The notes below the pieces were generated by a model that ran no database searches, was not told the DNA's origin, and saw only the letters and a list, made by a program, of their open reading frames with translations. This document shows positions 1-12,026 of a stretch of 64,000 nt of DNA, piece after piece. Both the position numbers and the translations under genes were made by a program. The DNA lies in the NCBI GenBank assembly GCA_030295235.1, contig AP026158.1, forward strand, positions 310,001 to 374,000, in the 5' to 3' direction. Positions within the stretch are counted from its first letter, which is position 1. Each line of letters opens with the position of its first letter. The DNA comes from Fistulifera solaris. Its lineage: Eukaryota.

Positions 1-237
1 CATTTTCGTCTTTTTTTTTTCGCCCTCCACCCATCACACCGACCGACAGCAAGACGTCATTTAAGCCGACGTGCGTGCGCGCGCGCGTGAACACGGATTA
101 TATTGTGAGGAACAGGACGTGCGTGAATTTATCCGTTCCAGCAACGGTTTCATCAAGCCCTCACTCACTTCTTCGTCGTCATCAAAGCATGTTTGTGTTC
201 CTCTCTCTCGCCCTTTACCTATAATCGCAAACAACTC

Positions 238-1497
238 ATGATCACTAGTGTAACGAGCAACAAAATGCGTCGAAGAAATGTATCTTACACGGCGACGGAA
301 GAAACGAGATCACCAGAAGATCCGCAATGTCTAGTTGTCGATGTCGAGAAAAGTGTTGATTTTCAGAAAAAAACGCGTCGGAAGTCAACATCCTGGCTCC
401 AATGGTGTTGTAGAATATCGACATATGTTCTTTTATTGAGTGTTCTTGTATGGGCGGTGTCGTGGATCCAAATACTCGTAGAAGAGTATCATTATCGTTC
501 GATCCAACGCGTCATGGACAAACGAAAGACCGCTTGTGCGCGTCCGGCCTGGCAAAAACTGCAATTCCCCACTTGTAATCTATTGCACGAAATTGATTTA
601 CCGCATCTCGAACAACGTCATGCGACAGGCAGTTCGCTAGGGTTCTTGGCGAATGGCTATTGGCGAGATGTTTGGGCGGTGGATTCTTCTTCTTCTTACA
701 ACAATGAGACGGCTGTGTTGAAGATTATGCGTCTGAAGCACGACATTGATGCCCACAATTTCGATCGACACCGACGCGATGGTTTAGTGATGGAACGGTT
801 GACTGCATCGCCGCATGTCATCGACCCGTACGGCTTTTGTGGCAACAGTGTCTTGACGGAATTTCTTTCCAAGACACTCGATAAAGTGGCCAAAGGGCTA
901 GATCCCAGCTTGGTCAAGTACACCCGCACACGCTTGGATCGATTACAACTGGCGTTGGGTGCCGCACGAGGACTGGCGGCACTGCACGAGATTCCTGGTG
1001 GACCCATAATACACGTCGATTTGGGGGCACGGCAGTTTTTGGTGGGCGAAGATGGCAACGTTAAAATCAATGATTTCAATCGATGTCGGTTCATGGGATA
1101 TTACAAAACAACGAAACAGCCCTGCGACTTTCGAATCCAAATCGCTCCGGGAACCGATCGGGCTCCGGAAGAATACCGCGAGTTGCCATCGCAAAACGAA
1201 AAGCTGGATTTATTCTCCTTTGGGAACGTCTTGTATATCATTCTGACGGGCCGTGAACCATGGCCGTACTATTACTGGGGTTACGCCGAACCCATCATAC
1301 AACGATTGATTATCTGGGGCATCAAACCGAGTCTACCACAGCGAGTGCGACGCAGCGATCCGGAATTATCCGAACTCATGTATTTGCTCTACGCATTAAA
1401 TCCAGATGATCGCCCGAGTGCCGCCGATGTCGTTCGATCGATTGAACGAATATTGGACAAGGAAAATGTAGCCCATGCTATTAGTTTATCAAAGTAG
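238..1497 (+). CDS. Type II membrane protein kinase, PKDCC/VLK-like (likely lumen-facing secretory-pathway kinase)
   Basis: One N-terminal TM helix (YVLLLSVLVWAVSWIQIL). Kinase motifs NGYWRDV, VLK, HVDLGARQFLV (Gln in the catalytic loop, as in PKDCC-type kinases), KINDFN, RAPEE, DLFSFG. First ATG at 238. Confidence 0.8.
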   Translation: MITSVTSNKMRRRNVSYTATEETRSPEDPQCLVVDVEKSVDFQKKTRRKSTSWLQWCCRISTYVLLLSVLVWAVSWIQILVEEYHYRSIQRVMDKRKTACARPAWQKLQFPTCNLLHEIDLPHLEQRHATGSSLGFLANGYWRDVWAVDSSSSYNNETAVLKIMRLKHDIDAHNFDRHRRDGLVMERLTASPHVIDPYGFCGNSVLTEFLSKTLDKVAKGLDPSLVKYTRTRLDRLQLALGAARGLAALHEIPGGPIIHVDLGARQFLVGEDGNVKINDFNRCRFMGYYKTTKQPCDFRIQIAPGTDRAPEEYRELPSQNEKLDLFSFGNVLYIILTGREPWPYYYWGYAEPIIQRLIIWGIKPSLPQRVRRSDPELSELMYLLYALNPDDRPSAADVVRSIERILDKENVAHAISLSK

Positions 1498-1562
1498 CTG
1501 ATGTTAACATGTCAAAAAGTTTCATAAAAGAAATATTGCAGTATTGTTCGATGGTAGTATCT

Positions 1563-2363
1563 CTAAGCAGCCTTCGCGACTCCAGATGAATCGGATTGGC
1601 TTTGGAGGGCGTCTCCTGCGGCCACTCGCTCCGCAAACAATCGGGCGTTCTTGCTAAGGATGATGCTGATATCTGACAGAAGCTGGCTCTGCAGCTCGGG
1701 CTGGGTGTTTTCGTCACGAAGTCTTGATTGGAGTCGCAGCAGTTGTTGTCGAAGACAGTCACGTCGGCGGTCAAAGAGTCCTGACACTCGGCGCTCGAGG
1801 CCTCGACAAGAGTGCTGTGTGACGGTTAAGGTCAGATTCTTGATTTCTTTGTCATCAACCGATTCCCCGGATACAAACAAGGTCTCGACAGCCTGGACAT
1901 ATGAACTATGGATGTTCCTGCAAGATGCAACTTCCGTTTGTGTATGCATGAACTTTCTTCTCCTTTCATTTTGTGTGTAGAAGAGCGAGCCAGTGGACGT
2001 TTCCTGAAGTGCACGAGGGTAGACGTGCTCTGTGTGGTAGATTTCACCGGTAGCATTCGTTTTAAAGCTGACTCTTCGTTTGGAATTGGCAACTGTTTTA
2101 TTGACAAAGCTTCTTCTGGCTAGTGAAAGGCTCACTAGCGTCATTGGTCGGCAATTTGCATCCGATATCGAAGAGACGGATTTCGTCGATGATAGCCTAC
2201 GAACCGGCTTGAAAGGGACAGAGTCGAGATGATTGCTCACAGTGTCCATCGTGAGAGAGTCCATTTTAAAGAGTTTATTTTCAATGAAATGTTTTATGGC
2301 ATGCGTTGACTTCAGACTCAGAACCCTAGATCTGCCTACGACTGGCAATTGTTCGTCGTTCAT
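1563..2363 (-). CDS. Hypothetical protein of diatom-type 'RVxF...RGLE' family
   Basis: Long ORF with KRRVSF (PP1-docking-like RVxF), LFY, CRGLERR and a helical C-terminus. First ATG at 2363. Confidence 0.65.
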   Translation of the reverse strand: MNDEQLPVVGRSRVLSLKSTHAIKHFIENKLFKMDSLTMDTVSNHLDSVPFKPVRRLSSTKSVSSISDANCRPMTLVSLSLARRSFVNKTVANSKRRVSFKTNATGEIYHTEHVYPRALQETSTGSLFYTQNERRRKFMHTQTEVASCRNIHSSYVQAVETLFVSGESVDDKEIKNLTLTVTQHSCRGLERRVSGLFDRRRDCLRQQLLRLQSRLRDENTQPELQSQLLSDISIILSKNARLFAERVAAGDALQSQSDSSGVAKAA

Positions 2364-3395
2364 CGTGATTTCGACCAATTGTTCGGGTTGAAATCGTAAA
2401 GCGAATAAGTCATCTGAGTCATTTCAAGTATCGCTGAGCAGGATTGAGGAGAGAACAGTTCGCACACCTACTACAAGCCCAATAGTATTTTTGACCTATA
2501 AGTAACGTGGTCTTCATGACAGATGACCGTCCGTTCCATCCAGCATCCAGCAAACCAATAGAAAAAATGATATAACGCCAAGCTTCCAGCTCTTCAACAT
2601 CTTTCGAATCAGGCGATCTTATTCTGACAAAAACAATAGTCTTTCAATCTTTCAGCCAAGTAGGTTTTCTCTTCATTGTTGACTAAAGTATTAAGCATCT
2701 TTTCCCTTTTCCCCTTTCAAGTCAGCCTTCTCCAGTACATGTTCCATTCTTGGCTCCTCCCTCCCTTCTTGGCTAATTTAGTACGAGACTAGAGGAAGGT
2801 CGAGAGAAAAGACAGAGGAAAACTCTTTAGACTGGGACTTTATACCACTGGTCTGGCTAGATACAAGCCAATGAATATTGACTAAGCTCTTAGCTCTCGC
2901 TCTCTACACTCGGGCTTCACTAAAGTCTAGAAACCTCAGCCTCATAAAGAAGCGTCTTGTACTCCCTCAAAAAAACTTCGTAGAATGAACTACGTACAAT
3001 TCTAGCACGACAGCACGACCCGAATCATCACCATCAGTGAACAGGGAAAAATGAAAATGCAATGATCAACTATCAATCATAATGCAGTACCACAAGCAAG
3101 GTACAACCAAATAACAACACTTTTCGTGACCGGTGACAGTGTCAAACTGAGCACAGCCACTTACAAGATATGATCGCAGTTCGTACTTGCTATCTGCCAT
3201 CAGCCATCAGCATTGCGCCTCATTACTCTCATGGAACTATAAATTCGACAGGCGATACTGGTGAAGACGGATGCTTTTCGAAGACTTCTGTTTTTGCTTA
3301 TCTTGTGCACTGCTGCGGGTGTTGTAAAGGACGCTGGATGGAGTAAGTCGACGACATTGTCAATCGGGATCAACACTTGGTGATAACTCTACTTG

Positions 3396-5013
3396 TCAAA
3401 AGCCATAGATCATATTCATATCAGAATCATCGGGAATCGACAGCATGGGATCGTATCCTCCAGCTCGTTTGCAATATCCCATGAAATATTCCGGATGAAA
3501 GCTGCCTTCGTATTTCTTTGGTTCGAGACCGTGGGCCGTTAGCAGCTGTTCCACTTCTTGGCGGTAATTAAAATACTGACGAAACAATAGTCCACAAGTC
3601 GTGACATTCGTGAGCTCCTTCAGACGATACACGTGCCGCTTGTCACGTGGATTGCGTGGAGTTGGTAAAAGACATTCCCAAGGCTTTTTGCAGGCTGTGT
3701 AGTGAACCGTGTAGGTTTCTTCCACCGGTAATGTCCGACAATCCTGACAAAGACCTTTCGCGGGTGTATTGTTTTCGTGTAACACTCCAGCCGGTGGATA
3801 TTGTCGGCATTGACCGTGGTATTCCATGTGATCGGGTCCTCTCCATATGACATCTGCAACCACTTGATTCCAGCGACAAACATCCAGTTCTACCGCATGC
3901 CCGGGATATATTTGATCGTAAAAATAAGCCAAGACGCCTTGATACGCCATGGCTCCTAAAACTCGTCAAATTGAAGTGAGACCCAAAGAACAAGGAAGCA
4001 AATATTGACGCTCGGATCGTTGAACGAGTGACATACCTTGAAAGCCACCATAACCCTTTAAAGTTAATAAGAAGTAGATGAGTGAAACCATTTGTTGCGT
4101 TCAGGTCTGAATTTGCCTTTTATCACACACGCACCATGCCTCCCCAACCCGACGTCGGGCCTCGTCCTTTTGTATAATTCGCCTCCAGAATGAACTGACG
4201 ATACATTTGAAAAATTTCCTTAGAAGGCCGCGCGACCACAAAGCCACCTTGTACCGCTTGTACGGCTTCCCACGGCGCACTGCTGGTGACATCTCTTGTG
4301 AAAAACGCATCGATGCGATCGGGTAATGTTTGATATTGCGGTCGTTGTAGGTGTAATTTCTGGCGCGCTTCCGAACCCCGTTCCGAGTTCTGGTCGTACA
4401 ACATGGCATCGTACAAATCATCCATCGGTTTCAACACGGCAACATCCAAATCCCAATGCACGACAATGGGATATTCCATCAATGTGTAAGCATATAATTT
4501 GATGAATTCTTTCGAGCCACAACAATTTTCTCCTTCGACATGCTGTTTGTACCACTCATTGTTGATCGACTGAATATCCACCGGTGTATCGTAAACCAAA
4601 GGAATGTATCCCAAACGCCGCAAGAGTGGTAATTGTGCATCACATCCACCTTCCGCATGCACCAGCGCGTACATTTGATAACTGTATCGACTGTTCGCCG
4701 GAGGATGGTGAATGGAATTTTGATGAATGGAATGCCGCAATATTACCAAGGCATCCCGAAATCCTTGTACGCGATCGGCACGGTGACACGTAATTAACGA
4801 AATGACGTGTGCGATTTTAATAGGTTCGGTGAATGTTTGCGGTGGAGTCTGCACCGAGTGGCTTAAAGGATGGTTTTGAGTCGAAGAATGCAATAAGAAG
4901 GACAAGCCCCAAACTGTAAAGATCGAAAATCCCAATAAAAGCACCAGAAATCCTCGTAAAACGGTCGGAACGGATGTCTTGTTGGAAGGACGCACCATTT
5001 CGTGGCGACGCAT
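3396..5013 (-). CDS. GT-A fold glycosyltransferase (GT8/glycogenin-like), type II membrane; 3 exons (5013-4135, 4055-4037, 3955-3396)
   Basis: N-terminal TM, EFIKLYAY, HWDLD (DxD motif), QGGF, HYTACKKPW. Introns 4134-4056 and 4036-3956 are GT..AG and join the exons in frame to GWGGM-GYGGFQG-AMAYQG. Confidence 0.8.
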
Positions 5014-5539
5014 CCTTTGTAGAGTGAAATGTCTCGGGTAGTTGCGAAAGAACTATGCGAAAGAACTAAGCTTTCTTTCTCTCTCGCCGGACTGCGGATT
5101 GTCTCTCTCTCTCTCTCTATCTATTGTTCATGCTGTTCGATTATTTCATTTAATGATGTTCTCGATTCAATTGTATTTTTATTTACTCAGTGTTAATTAA
5201 TTTGCAGTCATTGTCGGTTTATTTTTTTTCGATCGGCAGTTCTGGGGTTCATTGGGGATAAGGATTTACCGTGAAGCGTACGTCAGTCAACCGTCCGTCC
5301 GTCCTTCTCCCGAAACGCTCGTCATCGAACGCCTTTAGAAAAAAACAACAGCAGGAAAGCCGAAATAAGCCGTTGTCATTGAAAGAGAAGATAAGTAACA
5401 TAACAAAATCTCTTCATTGACAATCGAAGGAAAGGAACTGGTTCAAACAAATTATTTTCAATAGCACGAGTCATAGGCGCAGTGATTGGGTCGTTCGGTG
5501 TGTTCTATTATCTATACATACTAAGGTTTCATTGCAACT

Positions 5540-6010
5540 ATGACCGCACCGAAAAAAGCCACCAGCCTGCAACAAGCTCTCGTTTCGTCGGCTCCGCCTT
5601 CAACTTCTCTCAAAGGAGGTTTCGAAAGTTGCTTTGCCCAAGGATTGGATCTCTCGGAATTTGCTGCTCCTTCTTCTACCACTACAGTGAGTCATTCCGC
5701 GGCACTCTTACAAATCAAACAATCGGAAGCGGCGCAACAACAAATCGAAGAACAAGAGGAAATTCGCCTGCAGCAATTAGTACGAGAACGTGTTCAAGCT
5801 GTTCAGCAACAATCAGAAAAGCAGGATCATGGGGTGTTGGTGGGTGCATTGATAGGCATGCATCGTACCGATCCGTGTGTCACGGAGCAAGAAAATCTTC
5901 ATTATCGAAACAATCATCATCGTAAGAAACGAATCATCCAAAAAGAGAAACCGAAACAAACTTCCAAAAAAGTGCCTGTGGCCAAGAAAACACAACGGCG
6001 GAAGCATTGA
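5540..6010 (+). CDS. Small hypothetical protein (coiled coil, basic C-terminus)
   Basis: 156-aa ATG ORF with a Gln/Glu coiled coil and a Lys/Arg-rich tail. Confidence 0.6.
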   Translation: MTAPKKATSLQQALVSSAPPSTSLKGGFESCFAQGLDLSEFAAPSSTTTVSHSAALLQIKQSEAAQQQIEEQEEIRLQQLVRERVQAVQQQSEKQDHGVLVGALIGMHRTDPCVTEQENLHYRNNHHRKKRIIQKEKPKQTSKKVPVAKKTQRRKH

Positions 6011-6089
6011 TTTGCAATGATATGAATATCCTGTTTTTACTAGCAATTTGATCTCATATTCACACTGTACTACACTACTCTATTGTCGA

Positions 6090-6989
6090 CTACTTCGACT
6101 CCTGTTCGGGTTGCTGTTTCTTGGAAAACCACTGAAAGGTCGTTTTGACCGATCCTCGTACGGGAATCAGTGATTGCGGTTGACCGGTGGCATCATCCGG
6201 ATTGAGTCTCCATGTTGCGGTCACTAACGTGGCAGCAATCGTCAACCACACCAATGTGATCGCGAGTAATTTCCCCGCCAATGGTACGATTTGATAATAT
6301 TGATAGGCCGCATAGGCTTTGGAAAGCCACACACACACCACCCCAACGACGGCCGTTCCGTACCGTTGTTCGACATTATTGATGGTATTCCACGTATCGC
6401 CAATGGCCAAATGCAAGACCAACGCGAGGATCGCCGGATGCGCGTACGATTGCGTGGCTTGATACACTAAAGAAGATGCAATGGCGCGCAGAGGACCAAT
6501 CAGTAAAAGCCACACAATGGGAAAGACGACACCGGGAGGTGTCCACGATGGCATGCTGCGTTTTTTCTGGTTGGTTGCCTCTAAGCTCTTGACTTGAGGA
6601 CGCTGATTGGAAAGTGGATTGAAGACACGTGATTTGAGTGCCATGGCATAAAATAAGGCAGCATTCAAGGCCATGGGTACCGAACGTCCCTGGAGAAGCC
6701 AATCGAGAGCGGCAAAGGTCGCCGCAAAGAGGGACAGTTGTGTCGTGATGGCGATGGCATATTTGACTAACGCATCAGTATCCACGACCGTGGCTGGAAT
6801 GGCCCCATTCACGGGTTCCTCCTGATTATTCGATGTGGTCGAGTGCAGAGATGATGATTTGTGAGTAATAACTGGGGTGTTGATCTTGTGGTGATGTGTC
6901 AAGTAATAATGTGCCGATCGATGAAAGGAAAATCCGATTGTCGTGGTGGGTAAACCCACGGCAATCGACAAAAGCCACAAAAACCTCAT
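6090..6989 (-). CDS. TspO/MBR family protein, probably plastid-targeted
   Basis: MPSWTPPGVVFPIVW motif plus about 5 C-terminal TM helices (WNTIN, WLTIAATL). Signal peptide followed by GFSF and a Ser/Thr/His-rich transit-like stretch from ATG 6989. Confidence 0.85.
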   Translation of the reverse strand: MRFLWLLSIAVGLPTTTIGFSFHRSAHYYLTHHHKINTPVITHKSSSLHSTTSNNQEEPVNGAIPATVVDTDALVKYAIAITTQLSLFAATFAALDWLLQGRSVPMALNAALFYAMALKSRVFNPLSNQRPQVKSLEATNQKKRSMPSWTPPGVVFPIVWLLLIGPLRAIASSLVYQATQSYAHPAILALVLHLAIGDTWNTINNVEQRYGTAVVGVVCVWLSKAYAAYQYYQIVPLAGKLLAITLVWLTIAATLVTATWRLNPDDATGQPQSLIPVRGSVKTTFQWFSKKQQPEQESK

Positions 6990-7420
6990 TTCCAAACAAT
7001 AACTATTCAACGCAATGTTTCGTCCCTTTAATGGAGGGCTATCTTCGCAATGAGATGAGTTTATAATTGCAGCAATCAATAAAACAGGCATGCGTTATTG
7101 TTTTATTGCGAGAAATAATACTCCGTAATAACAACATGTCCAAGGGAGCGACAAATTATTTTTATTGCATATGACGGAATTCCAAATTCCTTATTGTGTC
7201 TCCGTTGTCAAGTGCCTGTACGACTTTTATGCGCGCCGGCACAGCTTGGGCAACGTGCGACGCGGTGTTTCTGCTTGTTGCTTGTCGCAAAATAATAGTA
7301 TAGTACGGAGTACGGTAATAAGAAGAAAATGAAAAAGCAATAAAAGGGAGTCGGCAATCAAAAAATAACAACCGTCGTTTCTAGACCGATAGAAAGGAAG
7401 AAAGGAACCGCCAGGAAATC

Positions 7421-9411
7421 ATGACCGACGGATGGGACGATGACGACGACATCCATTTAGACGATGATTCGAATGTCAATGGATGGGGTGACGATGACTT
7501 CTTTTTCAAGAAGAAGAAGAAGAAGTCAACGCAGCGTCTCCTATTCAAGACAACCAACCAACCAAAAATAATGATGGTTGGGGAGATGATTTGGATAACT
7601 TAGATGAAATGGAAGAAGATCCGGTTTCAGATTATTCGTTGAAACACAAAATAAAACAACATTGGGAACAATTAGAACATTTGAAAGCGTCGTTGAATGC
7701 GATCTTACAATCGGAATACAATACACCGGATAAAGCGCAAGAATTGATTCATTATTATAGTCAACGACCGGCTTTGCGAGATTATACCATTCACAAAGAA
7801 CTCCCGCGGATGCAGTATACTTTGATAAAAGAAGACGGTGATGTGGTGGAAGATCTCGAAGAAATGGCCGCACTTTTGCAACACGATCCCACGTTGATCA
7901 GCCACTGTGCGAATCAATCGTTGTTGGCGGATCTGTTGCAGGTCTGTACCGGACCCGATTTACTCATAAGACCGCAATTTCTAGCGTCGGCGGTGGCCGA
8001 TCACGTGCAATTTCGTTTGGATCTCGCGGCCGCGGTCGTACAAGTCTTCGCCACTCTCACAGTGTCCTTACCGACGGAACAAGGACGATGGTCGCTGGCA
8101 ACAGTACAAGTACAAGTCGTGTTTGGTTGTCATGCGCAACAACCATTTGTCGAGTATCACATTCGGTCGATTCAAAGAAACTCAACTACCAATGAACTGG
8201 AGGCTTGTGTCCGATTCTTGTCGTCGCACATGGAGGATCTACAAGATCATTCTGTGGCACCCGAACAACCGCCCAGCGGCAACCACTTTCGTGATCTATT
8301 CTTGCAGCAATCCCAAGCCGTTTGGGCACAGTCCGCGACCGGATTGCGATCGGCGTGGAAGGATATGGACTCTGTCACGGGATTGTCGCAAAAGTTGCCG
8401 CGATTTTTGCCCAACGATGTCTTGTTGGAAGCCACTGCGGAGTCGGAACAACAACAACAAGTCCAGCAAGTCCAACGACCATCATCGATTTTAGGAGGTT
8501 TCGTGCGGACGGGATTGACGAAATTGGCCCAATCGGTGGCGTTGCCGGACGAAGATCCTTCTTTGTATACGGATGTGATGATGCTGCCACCCGTGCCAAT
8601 TCCGCCACCAAATTCCTCAAACTCCTTGCATCGACTGACGGAGGGATCGCAGCATGCTCGTCAAACATCATTCAGTGGTAGTAATCCGTTGGATCGATTA
8701 ACGCATGGATCGCAGCATGCTCGTCAAGCATCCCTTGGTAGTAATCTGCTGGATCGATTAACGACGCAAGTGATATCCAATCAGGTATCGTCGCAGGTAC
8801 GGGTCCATCCGTTGGATCGACTGACACAGGGGCAGCCGAATGCCAATTTTGTCGCAAGTAATCCCTCATCCAATGTACGAGCCAATCCGTTAGACCGACT
8901 GACACAAGGAAAACAAGACTTTGATAGTGCATCCTCGGGTGCACCAATCAATCCGTTGGATCGACGTACGAAAAGTCATCAGGATACGCGCCCTATATCG
9001 GCGAGTGCTCACCCGTTAGATCGACTCACGCAATTGCAAAGTCAGCAGTTTCCGTCCTATCTGTCAACTGTCGCCACCAATCCTTTGGATCGACTCACCC
9101 CGATGCATTCGAAACCGTTCGCAGAATCTACTGCTACTGCATCGTCCGTGCTAAGAAATGACGATGTCATGGATAGACAAAATGATCACGAAGACGAAGA
9201 CGTTGTGGAAGATGGTTGGGACGATGTAGATGACTTGGATCTAGAGGACGATGAGCTTGACAAAAATCCAGCCACCGTAACTAGGGGCACGCCCTTGGCG
9301 GACAAGCTTCCTCCAGGGTACAAGTACAATCCAGAAGATGATATCATTCCCACGCGCAGACGATGGATTGATCCAGACCCAGGTATACGAATTCCGCGTC
9401 CTGTTCGATGA
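7421..9411 (+). CDS. Hypothetical protein with DGW[D/G]D motifs and 8x (N/H)PLDRLT repeats; 1-nt frameshift at about 7502-7506
   Basis: ORF 7421 (MTDGWDDD) joins ORF 7591-9411 if one T is added in the T5 run, giving FFQEEEEEVNAASP...DGWGDDLDNL. Confidence 0.7.
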
Positions 9412-9555
9412 ACAATGTGAAATTGCATTGATATCGTCCCCAGAGAATCCAGCTGTATGTGTTTGACTGCTTGTCTACATGAATTTGCATCTCGCTCTTT
9501 ACATGGAATTCAATTCTAGAAACGGGTACTGATAATGATAATAGCTTTAGCTCAA

Positions 9556-11438
9556 CTATGATTTTAAGTCGTTTAGTGCCATACGCACGTCCTCCAAGGT
9601 TATGAGAAGATCACCCGGGATTGTTCCCCTTGATTTCGCGTGCGCGTGAGTGCCAGAGATCCAGAAGAACGAACCAATCCAGCAATATCGGCACCTGACC
9701 ATCCTCCAGTCCAACGAGGAGCGGAAAGATCGAGAATTTCGGACACTGACGGTTCCGCAAACATTTTCATACGTAGACGGCGAAGGAGACGCCGTGGCCA
9801 TCCTCTCATGGACATTCTGGCTTTAGTATCACCATCAATGGCACGACACAAAGGTAAACTCAACCGTCCACTTCGTCGAAGAGCATCGAATTGTAGTTTC
9901 AAAATTTCGCGCCGTCCCTGTTGATCTGGAAGAGGTATTTCAATGTGGACTTCCAAGCGTCCCGGTCGGAGAAGCGCGGGGTCTAAAAGTTCTTTCCGAT
10001 CGGTCATTCCAATAACGAGCACATTGTTCAAAGCTTGTACTCCATCTAGTTTGGATAAGATTTGGTTCACGGCCGATGCCCGCGTCACTTCCGCGCTTCC
10101 CTCGCCAGCGGAACGTTTGCGGAACACAGCATCGATTTCGTCAACTACAATGACATGTAAAGCCGACTTGGTAGCATCTCCCCCACACGCCCTTAACTCG
10201 TTTTCGGCATCAATAAATAATTCTCGAATCAACTTTTCACTCCCACCGACCCATCGATCGAGCAGTTCGGGAGCACTCACAATTTTGGGAGGGACAGCAT
10301 CCAAGATGTTGGAAATTTCCCGCGCCAGTGATGTTTTCCCACATCCGGGTGGACCGTACAATAGCAGCCCACGGACGGGTTGTAAGCCAAGATCCATAAG
10401 ACCTTGCATTTCTTCTCTTCGTATTTTATCAATTGTATCCGACTCGTCAGTATTTTTATCAGATGATGCTACTCCTACAGAAACGGGGCGGAGTACACGG
10501 CCATCGAGCACACGTCGGATGATTTGTTCGATTTGTGGTTCCAATCCACCAACCGTACTGGAAAACGTCTTGTCCCAATGACTTACATCAATGACACTGT
10601 TTGGATGAGAGTGCTGCGATTCGGTAGCGTTTTTCGGAGGGGCACGGACCAAATAGGTATCGGGAGAAACGGGCAAGCCAACCATATTCGTTCCCAAAGG
10701 TGTTTTGAATTCCAAACCCTTTGGTAAAAGAATCAATTCCATCAAAATACATGGTCCCATGTCCACGGCTTTATAATTCCGTTCGGGTCCACCATACTGT
10801 AACCAGGAGGGTGCCTCTTCGTTACTACTGACTTGACGCCGCTCTCCGGTGCGGCGACCGTTCAACAGACGGAATCGCGTGACACCACCTTGCAATAGTT
10901 TTCCGTGAATCATGGCACCCGCGGGTGATTGCAGACTCTGCGTTAAGACAGATCCAGATGGCAATAGAATCAAGTGACAAGCAACACGCTGCAAGAAACC
11001 GGACGAGGAGGACAAGTCCTGATTTGAAAACGAAGTATCGTACTGTGTCATCCGAGCAGCGACCAGCGTACGAAGCTCTTCGGAAAGGTCAACAATAGCT
11101 GGTGCAGGACACTTCGAGAGCCAGCGAAAGCAGGATATAACTCGTTCGTCGGTATCGGTGCATTGCAAAGAAAAAGAATCCAAACAGTCTCGTAACGCCT
11201 TGGAGGATTTCTCATCCACCCAATTCGTCCATCCTGTCGATGCACCATCGAAGCCTTGATCGCGCTTTGCATCGCTTTGCAGTAAGCAATGAGTTACATT
11301 GCCGGTCAAATCATTCCAAACAGTCGTTTGAAGCGATGTTTTTAAAAATGGCGAAGAATTTCGACCCACAAAGGCAGCGGCGTACGGAAATGAAGGCAGG
11401 AAAACGAACAGAGATCCCCTTGGACGTTTCATTCGCAT
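9556..11438 (-). CDS. NSF/Sec18-D1-like AAA+ ATPase with bipartite plastid-type presequence; frameshift near the C-terminus (about 9626-9629)
   Basis: Walker A GPPGCGKT, Walker B ALHVIVVDEID, SRH LDPALLRPGRLE, WSGADIAGLV. N-terminus ...PYAAAFVG. The true end ITLEDVRMALNDLKS* is in the neighbouring frame. Confidence 0.85.
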
Positions 11439-12026
11439 GCCTTGTATCTGTATTGTTGCGGACTTTACTAGCTTTGTTTATGTTCTTTTCCCCTATCGAC
11501 ATTGTTATTAGAAGAAATAGTGAAAATCAACGCGCATCATCTCATTCTCACTTCATTATTTCGCACCTCGCATTGATGTCATCGGCAGGTCTGACAAGTA
11601 CCGGTACGAATCTGGTAGCGTGTCTCGATCAGAGTCGCGGGTAGGTGTCAGTCATCATGATCGTTTGGATAAAGAATGGAATGTGAGACTCCAATAACTG
11701 CGAGCATCGAGTTTTACGGCTGCTCGAAGGAAACTTATTTGCAAGTGGACAGGTCAACCGGACTGGAAAACTGATTCTGTTTCTTTAGCTAGCCTTCAAG
11801 GTCTACAACTATTTACGCCTGACGGAAGAACTACAAAGAGCAGATACATAGATTATACATACTTATGAAGCAAGAAGACTGTCCGTCCATAAAAGAAAAC
11901 AGGGAGTGTAAAACCACTAGTGCTAAACGCAAGCTTGACAACGGTATAAGCAGACCATGTCGTCGAGATATCACATTTGGAATTGTACAATTGGTTAATT
12001 GAATCACATAAACGAAATCGTCATTC

